From NCBI GenBank assembly GCA_021827495.1, contig JAKAVN010000003.1, forward strand, positions 766 through 64,765: 64,000 nucleotides of DNA. Reading direction: 5' to 3'. Below, in pieces: positions 39,878-50,237 of the stretch. The first letter of the stretch is position 1. Every line of letters begins with the position of its first letter. Under the pieces are notes generated by a model. The model was given only the letters and a program-made list of their open reading frames with translations, ran no database searches and was not told where the DNA came from. Made by a program: the position numbers and the translations under genes. The DNA comes from Deltaproteobacteria bacterium. Its GTDB lineage: Bacteria; Desulfobacterota; Binatia; Binatales; Binataceae.

Positions 39878-40183
39878 TCAAGCGTCAATCAGAATGTCGT
39901 CGCCGTCCACCCGCACCGCGAAGCAGGCGACCTTGACCCCGGGATCGTCGACGGCTTGTCCGTTGGTGACGTCATACTCCCATCCATGCCACGGACATAC
40001 CACCGTCGTACCTATCAGGTCGCCCTCGCCGAGCGGTCCTCCGCGATGGCGGCAGGTGTTGTCGATCGCATACAACTGGCCGCCCGCGTTGAACAGCGCG
40101 ATCTGGCGCCCGCCGATCTCGACCGTCTTGCCGCCGCCGTCGGGAATTTCGCCGCGCCGTGCGGCTTTCACGAAGTTTGCCAC
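39878..40183 (-). CDS. Rieske [2Fe-2S] ferredoxin-like protein (NirD-like)
   Basis: Track ORF trimmed to GTG 40181-40183, with GGAGG 12 nt upstream. CRHRGGPL and CPWHGWEY cluster-binding boxes. Confidence 0.8.
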   Translation of the reverse strand: MANFVKAARRGEIPDGGGKTVEIGGRQIALFNAGGQLYAIDNTCRHRGGPLGEGDLIGTTVVCPWHGWEYDVTNGQAVDDPGVKVACFAVRVDGDDILIDA

Positions 40184-40304
40184 GCGCCCGCCTGCCTCCG
40201 TTTCGCGCCCGAATTGTATTGGGCGGCGGCCTGCCGATGCAACGTGGGCCCATCCCCGCGCCGCCGTGCGCATCGCACCGCGGCCGCCCGCGCCGGCTCC
40301 CCGC

Positions 40305-41501
40305 CTAGGTCGTGTACTCGGCGTTGATCTTCACGTAGTCGTAGCTGAAGTCGCAGGTCATGATGCTGGCGCGGGCCTTGCCCAGCTTCAGATCGATCGT
40401 CAGGCCGAACTCGGGCTCCTTCATCTTGGCCGCCGCCGCCGCCAGCGCCTCGGTGTGCAGCGCGCCGCGGCTGGCGATGCGGATTCCGGCCATTCGCACT
40501 TCGAGCCGTTCGAGGTCGATCGCGACCCCGGCCTTGCCGGCCGCCATCACGATTCGTCCGAAATTCGGATCGCATCCGAAAAACGCCGTCTTGACCAGCG
40601 GCGAGTTGGCGATCTGCCGCGCGATCCGGTCGGCGTCGGCGGCGCTGCGCGCGCCGCGCACCTCGATCGTCACCAGCTTGGTCGCGCCCTCGCCGTCGCG
40701 CACCAGCTCGCGCGCAAGCGCGCCCGCCACCGCCGCGACCGCCTCGTCGAAAGCCGCGAGGTCGCGCCCGCCAAGTGGCCGCCCGCCGGCGGCGCCGCTG
40801 GCCATCAGGAGCAGCGTATCGTTGGTCGACATATCGCCGTCGACGGTGATCGCGTTGAAGCTTGCGGGCAGCGCGCGGCGCAGCGTGCGCCTGAGCTCCG
40901 GCGGCCGCACGGCGGCGTCGGTCACGACGAAGGCGAGCATCGTCGCCATCTTCGGCTCGATCATCCCCGCGCCCTTCGCGCATCCGGCGATCGTCACGGC
41001 GGCCCCGCCGAGCTTAAGCCGCGCCGAGGCCATCTTGGGATGCGTGTCCGTGGTCATGATCGCGCGCGCGAAATCCTCGAGCCGGTTGGGCGAGAGCGCG
41101 GCGGCGGCCTCGCGAATTCCGGCACGGTATTTCTCGAGGTCGTAGAGATGCCCGATTACGCCGGTGGAGCAGGGCGCCACCAGCCCGGGTGCGCATCCGA
41201 TCTCCGCCGCCAGCGCCGCGCACGAGTTCTGCGCCAGCTTGATTCCGGCCTTACCGGTGAAGCAGTTGGCCGAGCCCGAGTTGGCGGCCACCGCCTGGAG
41301 GCGGCCGCGCCGGATGCGCTCCTGGGCGACCACGACCGGGGCGGCCTTGACCCGGTTGGTGGTGAAGACGCCCGCCGCGGCGGCGGCACGGTCGGCCACG
41401 ATTACGCCGAGGTCCTTGCGTCCCGGCTCCTTGCGCAGTCCGGCGGCGACGCCGGCGAAGCGAAAGCCTCCCACTACTCGGGGTTCCAGGGTGAGATCCA
41501 T
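40305..41501 (-). CDS. argJ: bifunctional glutamate N-acetyltransferase / amino-acid acetyltransferase
   Basis: KGAGMIEPKMATMLAFVVTDA autoprocessing region and TVDGDMSTNDT. Confidence 0.9.
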   Translation of the reverse strand: MDLTLEPRVVGGFRFAGVAAGLRKEPGRKDLGVIVADRAAAAAGVFTTNRVKAAPVVVAQERIRRGRLQAVAANSGSANCFTGKAGIKLAQNSCAALAAEIGCAPGLVAPCSTGVIGHLYDLEKYRAGIREAAAALSPNRLEDFARAIMTTDTHPKMASARLKLGGAAVTIAGCAKGAGMIEPKMATMLAFVVTDAAVRPPELRRTLRRALPASFNAITVDGDMSTNDTLLLMASGAAGGRPLGGRDLAAFDEAVAAVAGALARELVRDGEGATKLVTIEVRGARSAADADRIARQIANSPLVKTAFFGCDPNFGRIVMAAGKAGVAIDLERLEVRMAGIRIASRGALHTEALAAAAAKMKEPEFGLTIDLKLGKARASIMTCDFSYDYVKINAEYTT

Positions 41502-41578
41502 CAGGAATACGCCTCCGGTGGCGATTTATACGTGCCGGTTTGGCGGCGCCGCTCCGTTGTCGCGAGAGTCGCCAAAAT

Positions 41579-45028
<3,450 letters not shown>

Positions 45029-45061
45029 CAGGGACGTAACCTCCTCCTCGCAACAACCACT

Positions 45062-45234
45062 GCCGCCGCGAGGCCGCCGCCGCTTTGGCGGCGGCCTCGC
45101 GGCGGCTCGCCCAAGGGCGCGGTGTGCCCAAGCGCGGCATGATTGATGGCCGCGTGGCGCGGCCATCAATCATGCCGTTCACGCACACGGTTCACGCCGG
45201 GGCAGCGATGCGCGTTCACGCGCATCGCTGCCCC
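45062..45234. repeat. three consecutive long near-perfect or perfect hairpins between rplY and dnaE
   Basis: Stem 1 spans 45062-45106 (20 bp, loop gcttt). Stem 2 spans 45135-45177 (about 20 bp, loop tgg). Stem 3 spans 45199-45234 (16 bp, loop ttca). None has a U tract. Confidence 0.85.
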
Positions 45235-45298
45235 GCCACGCGCGCAACTGCGCACGCTGCGCGGACGCGCGCAATAGCGCGCGTCGCGCGCCGGCGCG

Positions 45299-46063
45299 TC
45301 AGCCCTTCTTCTGGCCGCCGCCCGCCTTGCCGGCGGCGGCGCCTTCCTTGGCGCCGCCCTTGGCGGCGGCCTCTTGGGCACCGCCCTTAGCGCCCTCTTT
45401 GGCCGCGCCCTCGGCGCCGGCCTCCGCCACCGGCGCTGCGGCGCCCTCGGCGCCTTCGACCGGCGCGGCCTCGGCGGCGGCCGCAGCCGGGGCCTCGGCG
45501 ACGGTCGGCGGCAGCACGGTCACCACCGGATAGTCGGTATCGAAGATCGGCTTGAGGTTGCCGGCGAAGGTCATCGCCGAGACGTGGATCACGTCATGGA
45601 TGTCGAGCGCGCTCACGTCGACTTCGACCACCTCGGGGATTTCCAGCGGCAGACATTCGACCTCGACCTCGCGTACCAGCGGCTGCAGAATACCGCCCTC
45701 GGCCACGCCGTGGGCCTTGCCGGTGAAGCGCAGCGGCACCGACACGCGCAGCGGCAGGGTGAGATCGACCTCGTAGAGGTCGGCGTGCACGAAGTTGCCG
45801 CTGACCGGCGCGCGCTGGATCTCCTTGACGATGACGTGGCGGTCGTTGAGATCGGGCGAGCTCGACTTGAGCCGCAGCAGGCGCTGGTGGGCGCTGCCCG
45901 AAACCCGCGAGCGCAGCTCGATGGCGCTTATCGCGATCGCGGTCGCCTTGGTCCTGGGTCCGTACAGGATCGCCGGGAGGCGCCCTTCGCGGCGCAGTTC
46001 ACGACAGCGGCTCTTGGGCCGGGTCTCTCTGATTTCGGCGGCTAGTTCGACAGTCTCCATCAC
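45299..46063 (-). CDS. rplY: 50S ribosomal protein L25 / general stress protein Ctc, with Ala/Gly/Lys/Glu-rich C-terminal tail
   Basis: RREGRLPAILYG, HVIVKEIQRAPVSGNFVHADL and the two-domain Ctc form. GAGGA RBS. Confidence 0.9.
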   Translation of the reverse strand: MMETVELAAEIRETRPKSRCRELRREGRLPAILYGPRTKATAIAISAIELRSRVSGSAHQRLLRLKSSSPDLNDRHVIVKEIQRAPVSGNFVHADLYEVDLTLPLRVSVPLRFTGKAHGVAEGGILQPLVREVEVECLPLEIPEVVEVDVSALDIHDVIHVSAMTFAGNLKPIFDTDYPVVTVLPPTVAEAPAAAAAEAAPVEGAEGAAAPVAEAGAEGAAKEGAKGGAQEAAAKGGAKEGAAAGKAGGGQKKG

Positions 46064-46118
46064 GTCCTCGCGTAAGTTAATTCGGAATCGGCCGGACTAA
46101 TCGGGAGATCGCCGCGGC

Positions 46119-46179
46119 GTAAAAGTTTGCCGTAAAGTTTGCCGTAAGCTTGGCCGTGAACCTTGTCGCAAAGTTTGCT
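46119..46179. repeat. five tandem copies of a 12-13 nt unit (GTAAAGTTTGCC-like) upstream of rplY
   Basis: gtaaaagtttgcc / gtaaagtttgcc / gtaagcttggcc / gtgaaccttgtc / gcaaagtttgct. Confidence 0.75.
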
Positions 46180-46343
46180 TTGGCGGCAAGCCTCTTAAGC
46201 GGAACTCCCATTTTGAATCCCAATTCAAGCTGACATATATAACCCCTGATCGCCAACGTGGGTGTCCATCTGACCTGGTCCGATAAGCCCCCGGCGGGCT
46301 GATTCATTTTCAGCGGCATTCGGCCACTGTTGCGATGGCGCGC

Positions 46344-47666
46344 CTAGCGCATGATCGAGCCGAGACCGCCGGGTGTCGTGTACTTGGAGATTGAGCGCCA
46401 CTGTTGCGGGACCTCGCGGTTGATCAGGATGTCGAAGCCGTGGCCGTCGGCCGGGCCGAAGAAAGTCGCGTGGTTGTTCTTGACGTCCCAGATGTGCCCG
46501 ATGTGCGCGCCGGAGGAATTCTGCGGGCCGACCTGCGGCACGTTGATCACGATCGGCTGGTCGAAGTCGAATTTCCACGGGCGCATCCGCGCGTCGTAGA
46601 GGTCCTGCCATAACAGGCCGAGGAATTGCTTGTCGATGTACATGATGCGCTTGCCGTAGCAGTAGCCCTGGGTCTGCGAGGGAATGCGGCGCACGTCGAT
46701 GACGTAAGTGTCACGCACCTCCCATTTGCCCCACGACGGCTTGGGCCATCCCAGCGGCATGTCGTAGTTGCCGGGGAAGTCGCCGCCCGCGGTGCCGAAG
46801 TCCATCAGGGTGAGTATTTTGCGCTCGCCGAGGAAGTGCGCCTGGAATAGCGGGATGTTGCCGTTGAAGCCGAAGCGCCCGTCGTCGGGGGTGGCGTCAG
46901 AACCGCTGCTCGCGCATCGCGCCGCCGAGGCGACCGGCTGGTAGCGCCTGAGCGCCGGGCGGAAGGCGTAGATCTCCTGCGGGCGGGCCAGGTCGGTGAA
47001 GCCGATCGTCAGGTTGGTGCTGTATTTTTCCTGCTCGGGCTCGTAGACCATCGCCCACATCGTAAAGAACTTGCCCTCGCCGCCGGGAATCGTCACCGGG
47101 ACGCCGGGATCGATGTTGAAGGAAAGTTGGCGATAGACCCATAGGCTCTTGGTGCAGTTGATCGAGCCGTAGGCATCCTCGGTGCAGAAGAAGCCGAGGT
47201 TGTCCTGCGAGTTGACGACCAGGTGGGGAAAGTAGCGGTACCAGAAGTCGGCAAGGATCTTCCATCCCTTGTGCGGCGCGGCGGGATTGGGAAACGGCTC
47301 GCCGCCGCGGTAATTGGCAACATTCAACCCGCCGTCGGGCAGCGCGACCAGCGCGGTCTGCGCCGCGTACTTGCCGGTCGCTTCGAGGTAGCCCTTGGGC
47401 AGTGGATGAATCACGGTCGGACCCACGTCGATCTCGACGTCATCCGGCATCTTCCAGAAGTACTTGCCCTCGAACAGCGCTACCATCCCGTCCGGCATGA
47501 AGGCCTGGTACTGGCGCCAGTTCTGCATCGTGATTTTGGTGCCGGGCGCAATCATGGCGGCGGCGGGCGCAGCCGCCGGATCGCTGCCGGTGGCTCCCCA
47601 AGCCATCGCGGCCAGCGCTAATCCGGCGAATAACAGGGTTGCGGCGAAACGGCAGAGCGCTTTCAT
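46344..47666 (-). CDS. DUF1329 domain protein (LolA-like fold, periplasmic/outer-membrane associated)
   Basis: Signal peptide. Family-typical segments from memory (ITMQNWRQYQAFMPDG, RGGEPFPNP, HKGWKILADFWYRY, GKRIMYIDKQ). Confidence 0.8.
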   Translation of the reverse strand: MKALCRFAATLLFAGLALAAMAWGATGSDPAAAPAAAMIAPGTKITMQNWRQYQAFMPDGMVALFEGKYFWKMPDDVEIDVGPTVIHPLPKGYLEATGKYAAQTALVALPDGGLNVANYRGGEPFPNPAAPHKGWKILADFWYRYFPHLVVNSQDNLGFFCTEDAYGSINCTKSLWVYRQLSFNIDPGVPVTIPGGEGKFFTMWAMVYEPEQEKYSTNLTIGFTDLARPQEIYAFRPALRRYQPVASAARCASSGSDATPDDGRFGFNGNIPLFQAHFLGERKILTLMDFGTAGGDFPGNYDMPLGWPKPSWGKWEVRDTYVIDVRRIPSQTQGYCYGKRIMYIDKQFLGLLWQDLYDARMRPWKFDFDQPIVINVPQVGPQNSSGAHIGHIWDVKNNHATFFGPADGHGFDILINREVPQQWRSISKYTTPGGLGSIMR

Positions 47667-47678
47667 CCTTCGCCGCCG

Positions 47679-47798
47679 CTAGCGCATAATCTGGCCCAGC
47701 CCGCCCGGCGCCGTGTACCTGGGGACGCCATGGTATTGCTTGGGCGCCTGCTGGTTGAGGTGAAACGCATTTCCCTCCGAGGGGTCGGAAATCCGGGC
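47679..47798 (-). pseudogene. 3'-terminal remnant (about 39 codons) of a second DUF1329 gene
   Basis: Own translation: ...SDPSEGNAFHLNQQAPKQYHGVPRYTAPGGLGQIMR then TAG at 47679-47681. It aligns to the C-terminus of the intact neighbour (GHGFDILINREVPQQWRSISKYTTPGGLGSIMR). It is bounded upstream by the prs stop codon, which lies in the same frame. Confidence 0.65.
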
Positions 47799-48776
47799 TT
47801 AAGCGAACAGCGAGCTTACCGACTCTTCATTATGTATGCGGCGGATGGCTTCCGCTATAAGGCTCGCCACCGACAGCACCTTGAGCGAGCCGAGTTCGGC
47901 CTGCGCCTTGGCGCGCAGCGGGATGCTGTTGGTGGTGATCACTTCGACCAGGCGCGACTTGTTCAGGCGCTCGCAGGCCGGATCGGAGAGGATCGGATGA
48001 GTCGCGCAGGCCAGCACCTCGGTCGCGCCGGCGTTCATCACCACCTTGGCCGCCTCGGTGATCGTGCCGGCGGTGTCGATCATGTCGTCGACCAGCAGCG
48101 CCGAGGAGTCGCGCACTTCGCCGACCAGTTGCATCTCGGCCACCTCGCTCGCGCGCGGGCGGCGCTTGTCGATGATCGCGAGGTTGGCGTTGAGCCGCCG
48201 CGCAAAGGCGCGCGCCCGCTCCACTCCGCCGGCGTCGGGCGAGACCACCGAGACGCGGCGGCCGTCCAGGCGCTTGCGCAGGTACTGGATCAGCACCGGC
48301 ATCGCGTACAGGTTGTCCACCGGGATATTGAAGAAGCCTTGGATCTGGCCGGCGTGGAGGTCGACGGTGAGCACGCGCGAGGCGCCCGCGGCCGTGATGA
48401 CGTCGGCGACCAGTTTGGCGCTGATCGGCACCCGCGGGGCGACCTTGCGGTCCTGGCGCGCATAGCCGAAGTAGGGGATCACGGCGGTGATGCGTTTGGC
48501 CGAGGCGCGCCTGAGCGCGTCCATCAGCAACAGCAGCTCCATCAGGTTGTCGTTGGGCGGCGTGCAGATCGACTGGAGCACGAAGCAATCGCCGCCGCGC
48601 ACGTTCTCGCGCACCTCGACCATCACCTCGCCATCCGGGAAGCGGCCGACTTCGGCCTCGCCCAGTTGCACGGCGAGATGTTCGCACACCTCGCGCGCCA
48701 GCGCGGGGTTGGCATTGCCGGTGAAAATCTCCAGTTCGTCTTTCGCCCGTTCAGGCATCTCGGCCCCTCCGGCCAA
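47799..48776 (-). CDS. prs: ribose-phosphate pyrophosphokinase
   Basis: [19 protein letters not shown] and [10 protein letters not shown] signatures. The start may instead be the internal ATG at 48758. Confidence 0.95.
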   Translation of the reverse strand: MAGGAEMPERAKDELEIFTGNANPALAREVCEHLAVQLGEAEVGRFPDGEVMVEVRENVRGGDCFVLQSICTPPNDNLMELLLLMDALRRASAKRITAVIPYFGYARQDRKVAPRVPISAKLVADVITAAGASRVLTVDLHAGQIQGFFNIPVDNLYAMPVLIQYLRKRLDGRRVSVVSPDAGGVERARAFARRLNANLAIIDKRRPRASEVAEMQLVGEVRDSSALLVDDMIDTAGTITEAAKVVMNAGATEVLACATHPILSDPACERLNKSRLVEVITTNSIPLRAKAQAELGSLKVLSVASLIAEAIRRIHNEESVSSLFA

Positions 48777-48858
48777 GCCAAAATCGTAACTCTTCGCGCA
48801 TCATGTTTCCGCATTCGCCCCCGGCCCTTGCGGACTCATCGGACCGGCCGAAGCTATA

Positions 48859-48934
48859 TGGCTGGGCGGGAAGGATTCGAACCTTCGAATGCCAGGTCCA
48901 AAGCCTGGTGCCTTACCAGCTTGGCGACCGCCCA
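48859..48934 (-). tRNA. tRNA-Gln (anticodon UUG), CCA encoded
   Basis: Hand-folded cloverleaf: acceptor TGGGCGG/CCGCCCA, anticodon stem CCAGG/CCTGG with loop CTTTGGA, T arm GAAGG-TTCGAAT-CCTTC, discriminator G plus CCA; 76 nt. Confidence 0.9.
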
Positions 48935-49183
48935 GCACAGGCCGCATGTCCATCCCGCCGCTCCCACTGTCCGCCGCGCGCGAGGACTGCCGTTCGAGGG
49001 CATGGCGACGGCGGCCGATCCTAACGAAAGGCCATCGACCACAGGCCGTGCGCGCCGCATCGGCCGCTTGCCCCCGCCCGGTCATTGGCCGGCCATTGGA
49101 TGGAGCCGTGACGCGGAACCCTTGCCAACGGATCGGCCCAACTTGTTGGCCGCAGCGCGCGGGGCGCTGCGGCTCGTGGAGCG

Positions 49184-49213
49184 ATGTTAATGGATGGCGT
49201 TTTTGGGTGTCAA
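49184..49213 (-). promoter_or_regulatory. candidate sigma70-type promoter facing tRNA-Gln/prs (TTGACA-N18-TAACAT)
   Basis: The reverse complement of 49208-49213 is TTGACA and of 49184-49189 is TAACAT. By-eye match only. Confidence 0.3.
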
Positions 49214-49230
49214 TCACGCCTCCCGATTAT

Positions 49231-49545
49231 GTCATAAACATTGGAGAAGTCCGGGCATAAACATTTAAAGATGTCCGCTGGGTGGGGTAGCGCCGCGCGA
49301 TGGAGCAGATCGAGCGGCCAGTGCGGCGTCGCCGCGTCGCATTGGCCGGCGCGTATCCACAATCTCCAGTTTTTCGCCCGCGCTCCACTCCAGGGCGAGC
49401 GCGCAAGCGAAAAACTGTTTCAACAGCCCCCTGCCACTATCACCTTTCAGGAGGACACCCCACATGCTGAACTCCACCAACCACACCCCCCGCCTGCGGA
49501 CATCTCTAATTGTTTATGACGCGGACATCTTTAACTGTTCGCGAC
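49231..49545. repeat. 315-bp element bounded by doubled inverted repeats (two direct about 25-bp units at each end, ends inverted); MITE-like or a clustered protein-binding site
   Basis: Left units: gtcataaacattggagaagtccgg (49231-49254) and gcataaacatttaaagatgtccgc (49255-49278). Right units: gcggacatctctaattgtttatgac (49496-49520) and gcggacatctttaactgttcgcgac (49521-49545). Confidence 0.6.
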
Positions 49546-49797
49546 CGTGACGCGCAAGCAGGGGGGACGTCCTATCTAAGAAATAATTTTGGGCCCGGCT
49601 TGTCTGCGGCAATTCGCTGACCGTTCACAGCCCGGCGGTCGGGAGAAGACGCCGGTTCAATTTTCGACACTGGCTAGTGTAGTGTCTCTCAAATAGGAGT
49701 AACGAATTGCTCCACCCGGAACCGGACGTTCCCTCGAACTGTCAAATGCATCGCGGAGAGCCGGAGCTTGGTCAATGTTACTGACCCTTACGAGACA

Positions 49798-50154
49798 CTA
49801 CACTAGCGAGGGGCTGGCGCCGGGCGTTTCGAGCCGCCGGGCCGCCGCCGCGGGCTGCTCCGGTCGGCGCAACAGCGAGACCGGAACGAAGCCAGGCTTA
49901 TCCTCTCCATTGAGATCGGTATCGCGCAGTTCGACAAACCTCATCCGTGTAGAAGTGATTCCGGCCCCCACCGGCCGGTACGACCGCTTGGGCGTGATCA
50001 ATCCGAACGCGATTTCGACTCTGATACTGGGTAACGCATCGCGCACATCCACACTCATAACGGCCCCAGGCCACCAGCGGCTCTTTCCTAATCGGGTCAG
50101 CCATACCCAAACAGCCGTACCAGGCTTGAGACTCCCTTCATCGCCAGGTTTCAC
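49798..50154 (-). CDS. hypothetical protein, 118 aa, with a PWWP/Tudor-like WWPG segment
   Basis: GTG start with AAGAGGAG 8 nt upstream. GTAVWVWLTRLGKSRWWPGAVMSV resembles the hydrophobic-W-W-P core of SH3-like readers. No family recognised with certainty. Confidence 0.55.
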   Translation of the reverse strand: MKPGDEGSLKPGTAVWVWLTRLGKSRWWPGAVMSVDVRDALPSIRVEIAFGLITPKRSYRPVGAGITSTRMRFVELRDTDLNGEDKPGFVPVSLLRRPEQPAAAARRLETPGASPSLV

Positions 50155-50237
50155 TGCGCTTACTCCTCTTTCTGACCTATCGCAACGGAAAATCGATGCC
50201 GCTTGGCCGTGCCGCCTTGGTGCGGCCAGCGGACGAG

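Noticed and set aside
45062-45234. The three hairpins considered as canonical intrinsic terminators. The same applies to the hairpins at 8573-8609, 62362-62380 and 62645-62664.
   Set aside because: None is followed by a U tract on either strand. Only the hsp20-proximal one is listed, at low confidence, as a terminator. The others are reported simply as structure.
45299-45560. Ala/Gly/Lys/Glu-rich low-complexity stretch considered as a separate histone-like or repeat protein gene.
   Set aside because: It is the in-frame C-terminal tail of L25/Ctc. Such tails are common in high-GC lineages. There is no independent start.
46077-46319. 80-aa ORF with the internally repetitive peptide FTAKLTANFTANF.
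   Set aside because: The repetition is a translation artefact of the 12-nt tandem DNA repeats at 46119-46179. There is no RBS and no coding-like codon bias.
48935-49183. Possible structured leader or small RNA between the promoter-like element at 49184-49213 and tRNA-Gln. The evidence was a 9-bp long-range complement (ggccgatcc at 49013-49021 with ggatcggcc at 49130-49138) and a GGCCGGCC palindrome.
   Set aside because: A single 9-bp G/C-rich complement is expected by chance in DNA of this composition. I recognised no known RNA family motif (SRP, 6S, RNase P, tmRNA). Evidence is insufficient without covariation or RNA-seq.
48801-49217. 138-aa minus-strand ORF, plus other small ORFs over 48800-49260.
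   Set aside because: They overlap the tRNA-Gln gene and have Arg/Gly/Pro-rich composition, so they are not credible coding sequence.
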